A stretch of DNA of 64,000 bases from Flavobacteriaceae bacterium (GTDB lineage Bacteria > Bacteroidota > Bacteroidia > Flavobacteriales > Flavobacteriaceae), in contig JAKMDI010000013.1 of NCBI GenBank assembly GCA_022428005.1, positions 547-64,546 of the forward strand, in the 5' to 3' direction. Numbering within the stretch: position 1 is the stretch's first letter; each line of letters starts with the position of its first letter. The translations under genes were made by a program, and so were the position numbers. Shown here in pieces: positions 1 through 9,052 of the stretch. The notes below the pieces were generated by a model. It had not been told where the DNA came from. It saw nothing but the letters and a program-made list of their open reading frames with translations, and made no database searches.

Positions 1-333
1 GAAGCCCAAAACTATGTGAGCTTTTTCATGCTTAAAAATGATGACAATGAATTGTCAAGAGAAATCCAAAACATTAAAAAAGCAATTGAGGAACTCCGCT
101 CCGAAACCAGACAACTGGAAAACAATTTAGACTACTTTTCCAATACCAGCAATGATAATCCCCTTTTTCAAGACGTTACTTCTAGATTGAATGATCTAAA
201 TACCGAGATAGACAATCACAAAGAAAAATTAGTAGGGCTGAGAAAATTCAAAAGAGAGATAGAAGCCAGAGGCGCCATCTCATCAGAAGAAAACGAAACG
301 CAATCAGAGGAAGAAAATACCACCGAAGAATAA
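1..333 (+). CDS. C-terminal end of a coiled-coil protein (DUF349-like, tentative); 5' end lies outside the window
   Basis: The frame is open from nt 1 (EAQNYVSFFMLK...), so the GTG at 16 is probably internal. Heptad-rich sequence with an acidic tail. NNLDYFSN resembles DUF349 repeat ends. Confidence 0.45.
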   Translation, partial: EAQNYVSFFMLKNDDNELSREIQNIKKAIEELRSETRQLENNLDYFSNTSNDNPLFQDVTSRLNDLNTEIDNHKEKLVGLRKFKREIEARGAISSEENETQSEEENTTEE

Positions 334-334
334 T

Positions 335-1111
335 TCAATTTTTTGATTTTGCCTGCTGCCAATATACTTCCATTTCGGCCAGGCTAAGCTCATTTATTTT
401 TTTTCCAGCTTCAGATGCTTTCGATTCTATATGAGTAAAACGCTCCATGAACTTTTTGTTTGTTCGCTCTAAAGCAGTCTCAGGATTGATTTTTAAAAAA
501 CGAGCGTAATTAATTATTGAAAAAAGCACATCGCCAAACTCAGCTTCCATTTTGTCTGAATCACTTTGCTCAACCTCCGACTTAAGCTCGGATAACTCTT
601 CGGTAACTTTTTCAAAAACAGCCTCGGTATTGTCCCAGTCAAAACCAACCCCCGACACCTTGTCTTGGATCCGATAGGCTTTTATCAACGCTGGTAAGCC
701 TTTTGGAACACCTTCTAAAACACTTCTTTTTCCCTCTTTCAGTTTTATGGCTTCCCAATTTTTTTCTACTTGTTCTGCACTATCGGCGTCTACATCACCG
801 TAAATGTGAGGATGACGGTGGATTAATTTATCAGAAATATGATTGGCAACATCAGCAATGTCAAAAGCATTTTTTTCACTCCCTATTTTGGAATAAAATA
901 CAATATGAAGCAGTAGATCACCCAATTCCTTTTTGATTTCATCCATGTCGTTTTCTAAGATGGCATCCCCCAGTTCATAGGTCTCTTCTATGGTCAGATG
1001 ACGAAGGGATTCCAGTGTTTGCTTCCGGTCCCAAGGACATTTTTCCCGGAGCTCGTCCATTATGACGAGTAATCGCTCGAAAGCCTCGAGGGCAGCTGTT
1101 CTAGACTCCAT
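335..1111 (-). CDS. mazG: nucleoside triphosphate pyrophosphohydrolase MazG
   Basis: Tandem MazG domains (CPWDRKQT..., EETYEL, second EELSELKSE/EFGDVLF). Start moved to MESRTAAL (ATG at 1111), which abuts the stop of the upstream gene at 1113. Confidence 0.85.
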   Translation of the reverse strand: MESRTAALEAFERLLVIMDELREKCPWDRKQTLESLRHLTIEETYELGDAILENDMDEIKKELGDLLLHIVFYSKIGSEKNAFDIADVANHISDKLIHRHPHIYGDVDADSAEQVEKNWEAIKLKEGKRSVLEGVPKGLPALIKAYRIQDKVSGVGFDWDNTEAVFEKVTEELSELKSEVEQSDSDKMEAEFGDVLFSIINYARFLKINPETALERTNKKFMERFTHIESKASEAGKKINELSLAEMEVYWQQAKSKN

Positions 1112-1112
1112 C

Positions 1113-1547
1113 CTATGAACCGCTGTCTGGTTTTTCCTCTTGAGGGGCAAGGTCATATTTTAAATACCCTGCTCCAAGCAACAAATTGTACCATTGTACA
1201 ATCTTTTTGATATCACTTGCGTAAACGCGGTCCTCGTCATAGTCCTGAAAGACTTCAAAAAAATAGGATTCCAATTCATCTTTGGACGCTTTGGGTTTAA
1301 CACCAGCTTGCTTTCCTTTTTCCAAGCGATAGATCTTCTCAAATATTGTTTCGAGTGCTACCTCATCTTTTATTCCATAGATTCTAATCTCTGACAATAC
1401 ATTGACCTGCTGCCCCAAATTGGTCACTACTTTACTTTGATCGCCCAATGAAATGGCAACAACACCCGTTCGGGTCTGTGTCATTATTTTATACAAACCG
1501 GGCTTCCCGGAAATAGTAATAATCTTATCTAATAGGGTGTCACTCAT
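1113..1547 (-). CDS. DUF5606-like conserved Bacteroidota protein
   Basis: N-terminus ISGKPGLYKIMTQTRTGVVAISL matches my recollection of the DUF5606 family usually found beside def. It overlaps the def stop by 1 nt. Confidence 0.55.
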   Translation of the reverse strand: MSDTLLDKIITISGKPGLYKIMTQTRTGVVAISLGDQSKVVTNLGQQVNVLSEIRIYGIKDEVALETIFEKIYRLEKGKQAGVKPKASKDELESYFFEVFQDYDEDRVYASDIKKIVQWYNLLLGAGYLKYDLAPQEEKPDSGS

Positions 1548-2134
1548 TATTTAACTCTGTTGTTTAAAAAACGCATTTTATAATCTGGTTTTATATTGGC
1601 TTTAGTTATGTCGCTAAGCTTTCGCTTTAATAATCTTTTTTTCAGTGGCGAGAGTTTATCAGTAAACAAAACCCCCTCAATGTGATCGTACTCATGTTGG
1701 ACAACCCGAGCCGGTAGCCCATCTAAACTGAGCGTTTGTTGATTAAAATTTTCGTCTAAAAACTGAATCGTGATTTGTGCTTTTCTAGAGATATCCTCAC
1801 GGATGTTGGGGATACTCAAACATCCTTCAGTAAATTCCCATTCCGATCCTTTCTCCTCTACCATAATGGGATTGATAAACACTTTTTTAAATCCTTCTAA
1901 GACTTTGGCCTCCTCGGGACTGAGCTCCTCGTCTTGAGCAAAGGGAGCGGCATCAATGACAAACAGGCGTTTAGAAACACCAACTTGAGGGGCAGCAATC
2001 CCAACACCATTGGCCTCATACATGGTTTCCCACATATTTGAAATTAAACTCTTTAATTCAGGGTCGTTCTGGTCCACCGCTGTTGCTTTCGTTCGGAGGA
2101 CTTGACATCCATAGGCTACAATGGGTAAAATCAT
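1547..2134 (-). CDS. def: peptide deformylase
   Basis: All three deformylase motifs are present: GIAAPQVG, EGCLSIP, HEYDHIEG. Confidence 0.95.
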   Translation of the reverse strand: MILPIVAYGCQVLRTKATAVDQNDPELKSLISNMWETMYEANGVGIAAPQVGVSKRLFVIDAAPFAQDEELSPEEAKVLEGFKKVFINPIMVEEKGSEWEFTEGCLSIPNIREDISRKAQITIQFLDENFNQQTLSLDGLPARVVQHEYDHIEGVLFTDKLSPLKKRLLKRKLSDITKANIKPDYKMRFLNNRVK

Positions 2135-2556
2135 AACACTGGTTTAGAATTTGATGACAAATAGGATTGTAAAATTAGTGTAGCACTGATTTCGTCAACA
2201 ATCTGTTTGTTTTTTCTGGTCTTTTTTTTGGCTCCAGTTTCCAGCAAGCTGTTAAAAGCCATTTTTGAGGTAAAACGTTCGTCTTGTCGAACAACTGATA
2301 CTGTTGGAAAAAAAGTTTCCAAATGTTTAATAAACATTAAAATATCTTTCTCCACATCAGAAAAGTTTCCATCCTTTTGTTTGGGTTGCCCCACTACAAA
2401 CTTTTCGACCGGAGTTGATTTGTGGTAATCTTGAAGAAAATCGATCGCCCGATCAGTCGCTACAGTCGTCAAACCACTGGCGATTGTATGATCAGGATCT
2501 GTATGTGCCAAACCCGTTCTTTTTTTTCCGAAATCAATTCCAATCAAAACCCCCAT
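2131..2556 (-). CDS. ruvX: Holliday junction resolvase-like RuvX (YqgF)
   Basis: GIDFGKKRTGLA N-terminal motif, about 140 aa, DERFTS motif. Has a 4-nt overlap with def. Confidence 0.9.
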   Translation of the reverse strand: MGVLIGIDFGKKRTGLAHTDPDHTIASGLTTVATDRAIDFLQDYHKSTPVEKFVVGQPKQKDGNFSDVEKDILMFIKHLETFFPTVSVVRQDERFTSKMAFNSLLETGAKKKTRKNKQIVDEISATLILQSYLSSNSKPVL

Positions 2557-2637
2557 GTGTTTACAAATATACTTTTTTTGACAACAAAATTATGAGGGAT
2601 AAAAGTTGTGAATTCAGTATTTTTGAAAAAAATCAAC

Positions 2638-3444
2638 ATGAAAAATATAATCGAAGCTGCTTGGGAAAATCGATCACTGCTGGAAAAGAGTGAAACCCAG
2701 GAAACCATAAGAGCGGTAATTAATCAATTAGATTCGGGAGAATTGAGAGTCGCAAGTCCTACGGAACGGGGGTGGCAGGTAAACGAGTGGGTAAAAAAAG
2801 CAGTAGTGCTCTATTTCCCCATTCAACAAATGGAAACCTTAGAGGCAGGCCCCATGGAGTTTCACGATAAAATGCCATTAAAAAAAGGGTATAAAGAAAA
2901 AGGGATTCGCGTGGTACCACACGCTATCGCACGTCACGGCGCTTACATCTCCAAAGGGGTTATCATGATGCCCAGCTATATTAATATTGGTGCTTATGTT
3001 GATGCTGGAACCATGGTAGATACTTGGGCCACTGTAGGCAGTTGTGCACAAATTGGTAAAAACGTTCATCTAAGTGGTGGTGTAGGTATCGGAGGTGTGC
3101 TGGAGCCCCTTCAAGCTGCTCCTGTTATTGTAGAAGACAATGCCTTTATAGGTTCAAGATGTATTGTGGTGGAAGGAGCTCGGATCGGAAAAGAAGCTGT
3201 ACTGGGCGCCAATGTGGTGATTACGGCCTCTACAAAAGTCATTGATGTCTCAGGACCAAGCCCAGTAGAATATCGCGGTGAAGTTCCAGAGCGCTCAGTC
3301 GTTATTCCAGGAAGTTATACCAAAAGCTTTCCTGCTGGTGATTACCAAGTTCCCTGCGCTTTAATCATTGGGAAAAGAAAAGAAAGCACAGATAAAAAGA
3401 CTTCTTTAAATAATGCATTAAGAGAACATGATGTAGCTGTTTAG
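2638..3444 (+). CDS. dapD: 2,3,4,5-tetrahydropyridine-2,6-dicarboxylate N-succinyltransferase
   Basis: N-terminus IIEAAWENRSLL plus a left-handed beta-helix hexapeptide region (GAYVDAGTMVDTWATVGSCAQIGKNVHLSGGVGIGG). ATG at 2638 preferred over the GTG at 2608. Confidence 0.9.
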   Translation: MKNIIEAAWENRSLLEKSETQETIRAVINQLDSGELRVASPTERGWQVNEWVKKAVVLYFPIQQMETLEAGPMEFHDKMPLKKGYKEKGIRVVPHAIARHGAYISKGVIMMPSYINIGAYVDAGTMVDTWATVGSCAQIGKNVHLSGGVGIGGVLEPLQAAPVIVEDNAFIGSRCIVVEGARIGKEAVLGANVVITASTKVIDVSGPSPVEYRGEVPERSVVIPGSYTKSFPAGDYQVPCALIIGKRKESTDKKTSLNNALREHDVAV

Positions 3445-3457
3445 TTCATCCGAAACC

Positions 3458-4369
3458 ATGCTCGATTTAAGTATTGTTATCGTTAACTACCGTTCCTGGT
3501 CAAAACTGGAGAACTGCCTGCACAGTCTCCACCCTGAAAAACAAAAAACCAAAAAAATTATCGTAGTGGACAACAACTCTGGCGATAATATATTGGACCG
3601 TTTTATTGATAAATTCCCCTGGGTAGACTGGGTAAAAAACGATATCAACGCTGGTTTCGCCGCTGGCTGTAACCTAGGGGCCGAAAAAGTAACCACCCAG
3701 TGGATGTTATTTTTAAACCCCGACACCCGGCTGCAAAGAGACTCTTTGCCCACCCTGATTTCTTATTGCAATCAACATCCCGATTTTCATTTGATCACCA
3801 TCAAACAAACGGACGAAAAAGGAAATAATACTCACCCTTATGGGGTTTTTCCCAATGCATGGAACAGTAATGGGTTGGTCAGATCTCTCCAAAGGTTTCT
3901 GCTACTGCCCGACCAAACAAAAAAAGCCCTCTCATCAAATAAAATTGGTTTTCCCCATTGGATCTCTGGTTCATTTGTGCTATTAAGAAAAGAGCATTTT
4001 GAATTATTGGGAGGATGGGACGGAAAGTTTTGGATGTATTTTGAAGATGTTGACCTCTGTAAAAGGGCTGCTGATAATAGATTGAGTAGAGTTTTACTCA
4101 ACCAGTGGGAGTGCCTTCACTACCATGGGGTTTCTTCCAGAGGAGATAATAAAACAAAAATATTAACCAAAGCAGAAGTCATAAAGTCACATCACAAATA
4201 CATTGAAAAAAATTTTGTGGGAAAAAATAGAAAGTTGGCCCATCGGTGGTTGATGATCCAAAAAATCACTGAATTGACAGTATTGGGAGCTTTCGATAAA
4301 ACCAAAAAGGCCATGCTCAAAAAATTAAAACCTTTTTGGCATCAAATGTTTTCTTCTACAGACATTTAA
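3458..4369 (+). CDS. family 2 glycosyltransferase
   Basis: LSIVIVNYRSW...VVDNNSGD...FLNPD is the typical GT2 (GT-A) N-terminal half with a DxD-like motif. Confidence 0.8.
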   Translation: MLDLSIVIVNYRSWSKLENCLHSLHPEKQKTKKIIVVDNNSGDNILDRFIDKFPWVDWVKNDINAGFAAGCNLGAEKVTTQWMLFLNPDTRLQRDSLPTLISYCNQHPDFHLITIKQTDEKGNNTHPYGVFPNAWNSNGLVRSLQRFLLLPDQTKKALSSNKIGFPHWISGSFVLLRKEHFELLGGWDGKFWMYFEDVDLCKRAADNRLSRVLLNQWECLHYHGVSSRGDNKTKILTKAEVIKSHHKYIEKNFVGKNRKLAHRWLMIQKITELTVLGAFDKTKKAMLKKLKPFWHQMFSSTDI

Positions 4370-4410
4370 TATTGAAAAGGCTGAGATAAAGCCTTATTTT
4401 TGTAGTGTAA

Positions 4411-4956
4411 ATGGAAAAAATCCTTCACCTATTAGATGCGGGTCAATTGATCCTTGCTCCCACCGATACCATCTGGGGCATACTTTGCGACGCCACAAAT
4501 TCTGATGCCGTTAATAAAGTCTATGATTTAAAAAAAAGACCCGATAGTAAAGCGATGGTTTGCATGGTGTCCGATGAGAATATGCTTAAGAAATACATCC
4601 GTGAAATACCCGACGATCTTCACAATTATATCCAGGATTCCAGACCCACCACGGTAATCTACAATGCTCCAACCGGAATTGCTCATAATGCGGTAGCCCA
4701 AGAAAATACTGTGGCGATAAGAATTGTAAATCATCATTTTTGTACCCCATTAATTCGTGCTTTTGGAAAACCTCTAATCTCTACCTCGGCGAACCTGAGT
4801 GGTGAAAAACACCCCACAACTTTCTCTGACATAGCAAAAGAGATTGTAGCGGGCGTTGATCATGTGGTAAAGTTAGATAGCATTGAAAGTAGCGCACTAC
4901 CTTCCAGGATAATAAAAATAAAAACCAGTGGGGAAATATCCCTTTTGAGACCCTAA
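4411..4956 (+). CDS. tsaC: L-threonylcarbamoyladenylate synthase (YrdC/TsaC family)
   Basis: Single YrdC domain of about 180 aa with PTDTIWG, KKRP and STSANLSG motifs. Confidence 0.8.
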   Translation: MEKILHLLDAGQLILAPTDTIWGILCDATNSDAVNKVYDLKKRPDSKAMVCMVSDENMLKKYIREIPDDLHNYIQDSRPTTVIYNAPTGIAHNAVAQENTVAIRIVNHHFCTPLIRAFGKPLISTSANLSGEKHPTTFSDIAKEIVAGVDHVVKLDSIESSALPSRIIKIKTSGEISLLRP

Positions 4957-6389
4957 TGATGTTGAATAATAATTTTGATGACGTTCTAAAACAAGAGGTT
5001 TTTCAAACCTTGATTCGCTGCGTGGCCGATCTCGATCTTGAAACCTACCTGGTGGGAGGGTTTGTTAGAGACCACCTGCTGGGAAGGGGAAAAGCCAAAG
5101 ACATTGATATAGTTGCAGTAGGTTCTGGAATAGATTTGGCCAAAGTTGTTCAGCAAGAACTACCGGGGGCGAACGCCATTCAAATATTCAAAAACTATGG
5201 AACAGCAATGGTTCAGTGGCGGGATATCACCCTGGAGTTTGTTGGGGCAAGAAAAGAATCCTATTCAGAAGAAAGTCGCAACCCCATTGTAAAAAAAGGT
5301 ACTTTAAAAGACGACCAACACCGCAGGGATTTTACCATCAACGCATTGGCTGTGAGTCTCAACCCAGGAGAGGTAGGGAAATTAGTTGATCCCTTCCAAG
5401 GTTTAAACGACCTCCAAGAGGGTGTCATCAAAACCCCTTTAGACCCAGACGTCACCTATTCAGACGATCCTTTGCGAATGCTTCGTGCCATCCGATTTGC
5501 TGCACAACTCAATTTTAAAATAGAGGACGAATCACGCCGATCTATTTCAAAAAATAGACAGCGAATCGATATCATTTCCAAGGAAAGGGTTGTGGAAGAA
5601 CTTCACAAAATAATGATGTGTTCCAAACCTTCTTTAGGGTTTTTATTATTAGAGCAAAATGGTTTGTTGGAATGTATCATTCCAGAACTGATAAAACTTA
5701 AGGGAATTGAGGAAATCGAGGGGCAAAAACACAAAGATAATTTTTATCACACCTTAGAAGTGGTGGACAACATATGCGAAAACACTGATAATCTATGGTT
5801 GCGGTGGGCCGCTTTACTCCACGACATTGGAAAAGCACCTACAAAAAAATTCCATCCCAAAATTGGCTGGACATTCCATGCCCATGAATTCATCGGATCA
5901 AAAATGGTCTACAAGCTTTTTAAAAGACTTAAAATGCCATTGAACGAAAAAATGAAATACGTTCAAAAATTAGTCATGATGAGCTCGCGCCCTATCATAA
6001 TTGCTGAGGACATAGTCACTGATGCTGCTGTGAGAAGATTGGTTTTTGATGCCGGTGAAATATTGGATGATTTGATCACCCTTTGTGAGGCAGATATCAC
6101 CACTAAAAATCCTGCTCGATTCAATCAATATCACAACAATTTTAAAATTGTAAGGGCAAAAATTAAAGAGGTAGAAGAAAGAGATCGCATTCGAAATTTC
6201 CAGCCTCCTGTGACAGGTGAAATGATCATGGAGTTTTTTAATTTACGACCTTGTAAAGAAATTGGACTGATAAAAGAAGCCATTAAAGAAGCTATATTGG
6301 AAGGGGAAATACCCAATGAATATAATGCTGCATTTAAACTAATGATAAAAAAGGGAGGTGAAATAGGTCTTCAGCCAAATGAAAAATAG
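4956..6389 (+). CDS. tRNA nucleotidyltransferase / poly(A) polymerase family protein with HD domain (CCA-adding type)
   Basis: GGFVRDHLLG...KDIDIV nucleotidyltransferase head, RRDFTINAL, DPLRMLRAIRFAAQL, and an HD region (HDIGK). The start overlaps the tsaC stop (TAATG). Confidence 0.85.
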   Translation: MMLNNNFDDVLKQEVFQTLIRCVADLDLETYLVGGFVRDHLLGRGKAKDIDIVAVGSGIDLAKVVQQELPGANAIQIFKNYGTAMVQWRDITLEFVGARKESYSEESRNPIVKKGTLKDDQHRRDFTINALAVSLNPGEVGKLVDPFQGLNDLQEGVIKTPLDPDVTYSDDPLRMLRAIRFAAQLNFKIEDESRRSISKNRQRIDIISKERVVEELHKIMMCSKPSLGFLLLEQNGLLECIIPELIKLKGIEEIEGQKHKDNFYHTLEVVDNICENTDNLWLRWAALLHDIGKAPTKKFHPKIGWTFHAHEFIGSKMVYKLFKRLKMPLNEKMKYVQKLVMMSSRPIIIAEDIVTDAAVRRLVFDAGEILDDLITLCEADITTKNPARFNQYHNNFKIVRAKIKEVEERDRIRNFQPPVTGEMIMEFFNLRPCKEIGLIKEAIKEAILEGEIPNEYNAAFKLMIKKGGEIGLQPNEK

Positions 6390-7398
6390 TTTTAGAAAAT
6401 CAGTAATCGTTAGTTTGATTTTGGTCTATTTGGTCATTGCAGCAGGGTCTGTTGTTCGCATGACAGGAAGTGGAATGGGATGCCCTGATTGGCCTAAGTG
6501 TTTTGGCTATTGGATCCCTCCAACAGAAAGAGATCAATTGGACTGGAAAGCAAATCACCCCTACGAAGAAGGGCAGGTCATTATTTTGGATGAGGAACTC
6601 AGGGTCGCTAAAAATAATTTTTTGTCCACTGGAGCGTTCAATGCCAATAATTGGGATTACTACACAAAACACAATTATGCCATTTTTAACGCCTATCACA
6701 CTTGGATTGAATACATCAACAGACTTCTCGGGGTATTAGCAGGGCTTGCTGTACTGGTCATGACGGTTTTATCTTTTTGGTCCCGAAAACAAAGCGCCTC
6801 CTTTCCCGTTATTGCAGTACTTATTCTTTTAGGTATGGGATTTCAAGCTTGGCTGGGGAAAATTGTCGTAGATTCCAACCTCACCCCCTATAGGATTAGC
6901 CTTCATATGGGGATGGCTTTACTCATTGTGTTAGGTCTCATTTTTTTAGTCTACGCTACTCCAAAAAAATCAATTTCTATACCTGCAACACCGCAGTTGA
7001 AATTATGGGCATGGGCGGCTGTGCTTTTAACCCTTTTTCAAATCGGATTGGGGACGCAAGTCCGACAGTATGTGGATACCCAAATGCATCAAACAGCAAG
7101 CTTGTGGCTGGACCCTGCACCGCTTAAATTTTATGTTCACCGCAGTTTGTCCCTGTTGGTTCTTGGAGTCCATTTTATCTTGTTTTTTAAGCTTAGGAAA
7201 CACACCCACAACCTAAAAGTATTTTATCAAATTTTGGGATTAATAGGTTTAGAAATCATCACTGGTATTATTATGTATTATCTAGATTTCCCCTTCAGTT
7301 CCCAGCCCATACACTTAATTTTAGCCGCCCTACTATTCGGGTGCCAATCTTTTTTTATTTTACAAATGATTTCAAATAGAAAGAATTATGATCTATAG
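6379..7398 (+). CDS. ctaA: COX15/CtaA family heme A synthase
   Basis: Multi-TM protein with GSGMGCPDWPKCFG near the N-terminus and conserved His residues in the TM helices. Confidence 0.85.
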   Translation: MKNSFRKSVIVSLILVYLVIAAGSVVRMTGSGMGCPDWPKCFGYWIPPTERDQLDWKANHPYEEGQVIILDEELRVAKNNFLSTGAFNANNWDYYTKHNYAIFNAYHTWIEYINRLLGVLAGLAVLVMTVLSFWSRKQSASFPVIAVLILLGMGFQAWLGKIVVDSNLTPYRISLHMGMALLIVLGLIFLVYATPKKSISIPATPQLKLWAWAAVLLTLFQIGLGTQVRQYVDTQMHQTASLWLDPAPLKFYVHRSLSLLVLGVHFILFFKLRKHTHNLKVFYQILGLIGLEIITGIIMYYLDFPFSSQPIHLILAALLFGCQSFFILQMISNRKNYDL

Positions 7399-7879
7399 AA
7401 TGCGTGCCATTTTAGATGCCGAATCCGATGTAATCCGAGATTTTGAAATTGAAGCTTCCGCTTCGCTTGAAGAACTTCACGATGCCATATCTCAATCTTT
7501 TGGGTTTGCTGGAAATGAAATGGCTTCTTTTTATCAGTCCGATGACCAGTGGACCCAAGGAGAAGAACTTCCGCTGGTAGACATGGGTACCGGCGAAATA
7601 CCATTGAATGACAAAAGAATAGATAAGGTTTTTTCTGAAGATGAAAATCGACTCATCTATGTATACGACTTCCTCCACCTGTGGACCTTTTTTATAGAAC
7701 TTGTCGAAACCGCAGAAAAAGATGCCCTTAAAGGATACCCCAGCTTAATTTTTTCTCATGGAGAAGTCCCTGAAACCCCTCCAGAAAAAGATTTCTCAAC
7801 AGAGGACGACATGGGGGGTGGTCTTCCCGCTGAGGATGATTTGGATGAGGACGACTATGATGAGGATCAGTTTTATTAG
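7388..7879 (+). CDS. pRiA4b ORF-3-like (PRiA4_ORF3 domain) protein with acidic C-terminal tail
   Basis: N-terminus MIYRMRAILDAESDVIRDFEI and YVYDFLHLWTFFIEL match the family pattern (Y.YDFGD.W.H). Tail is EDDLDEDDYDEDQFY. Confidence 0.6.
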   Translation: MIYRMRAILDAESDVIRDFEIEASASLEELHDAISQSFGFAGNEMASFYQSDDQWTQGEELPLVDMGTGEIPLNDKRIDKVFSEDENRLIYVYDFLHLWTFFIELVETAEKDALKGYPSLIFSHGEVPETPPEKDFSTEDDMGGGLPAEDDLDEDDYDEDQFY

Positions 7880-8985
7880 AGCAGATCTCCCAGACTGACA
7901 TTTTGATAATGCTGTCGCATATAGTCAAAAGCAGCTTGCATAAGCGCGCCCATTGATTTGCTTTTTTTAAAAGAATCGTCTTGGGTAAAGATAAAGATCT
8001 CGTTTTTGAGGTTTTCGAGGTTCTCCGGTGTAGACAAAACCTCGTCCTTCATGATATTGACCAAAAATTCAACCCGATTACCCGAGTTTATAAGGCGTCG
8101 AGAAACAATGGACCGCTCTTCAATTTTGTATTGAATGATTGACTCGTGATTGAGTTTTTCTTTCACCAACAGCATCAAAGGATAATTTTCTTTAAAAAAT
8201 TGAGGGCGATAAACCGATAATTTACCTTCATAACACTGCTGGTCAAAATCTATTGCCCTGATCTTGTAAATCACCTGATCAAAATCGTGAATGGGAATAA
8301 CAACATAATTATAGGCACGCATATCCCCCAGCAGGCGAACCATACACCGTTCATTGAACTTTACGTACTCCTTGGCAATTTGGGCTTTCTCGGCTTCATT
8401 ACATTCTGGTAAATACTCTTTGATGAAGGTATCCCCGGGTATTCCCGCAATATGCTCCTCAATCAGAGTATCGTGATTGACCATATAGTTTAGGTTATAT
8501 GGAGAAAGGGAATGCTCAAACTCCAATCCATAGACCCTTGAAGCATCTGTTTTCTTGACATAGAAATAGGTGAAATTATCATTTAAAATATTTCTTATTT
8601 TAATTCTAAAAGGCTTAGAATTACCAAAAGTACAATAGTCAATGGTGTCAATATTCAAGTCGGGTAAGGAAGAAGTGCCTCCATCAGAATGCAATAATGT
8701 ATAGATGGTCTTCAGGTGTACATCTATTTCAGCGCGATCAGAATCGGAATAAAAAACGCGAATCCATAAGGAATCCTGGTCATTTTTGTCGTAAACCGTG
8801 ACGGAGCCTGAAAAGCGCAACAGATCGTCATAGCAAACAGAGAGCTCCATCCACCGATCGTATTTTTTTAAAAAAAGCATCAATGCGTCGGAAATGGGGA
8901 AAAAAGGTTTTTTTTTGGAAATGAGTTTCTCTTCCACCAGTATCTTTTTCTCAAAAATACCCATTTTTCTGGATTGTATTTCCAT
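7876..8985 (-). CDS. conserved hypothetical protein, possible divergent protein-kinase-like fold
   Basis: Intact 369-aa ORF with no family recognised. Kinase-like motif order: YVKK (aa 142-145), LIEEHIAG, GDMRAYN (aa 220-226), AIDFD (aa 244-248). See findings. Confidence 0.6.
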   Translation of the reverse strand: MEIQSRKMGIFEKKILVEEKLISKKKPFFPISDALMLFLKKYDRWMELSVCYDDLLRFSGSVTVYDKNDQDSLWIRVFYSDSDRAEIDVHLKTIYTLLHSDGGTSSLPDLNIDTIDYCTFGNSKPFRIKIRNILNDNFTYFYVKKTDASRVYGLEFEHSLSPYNLNYMVNHDTLIEEHIAGIPGDTFIKEYLPECNEAEKAQIAKEYVKFNERCMVRLLGDMRAYNYVVIPIHDFDQVIYKIRAIDFDQQCYEGKLSVYRPQFFKENYPLMLLVKEKLNHESIIQYKIEERSIVSRRLINSGNRVEFLVNIMKDEVLSTPENLENLKNEIFIFTQDDSFKKSKSMGALMQAAFDYMRQHYQNVSLGDLL

Positions 8986-9052
8986 ACTGATGGTTTAAGT
9001 AAAACATGGATATATTATTGTAGGTAGCTGATTTAAGCTTTAATTTCGCAAA

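Noticed and set aside
335-1156. Longer MazG ORF with a 15-codon N-terminal extension overlapping the upstream gene by 44 nt
   Set aside because: The internal ATG at 1111 abuts the neighbour's stop, and the conserved MazG sequence begins there. The extension is probably not translated.
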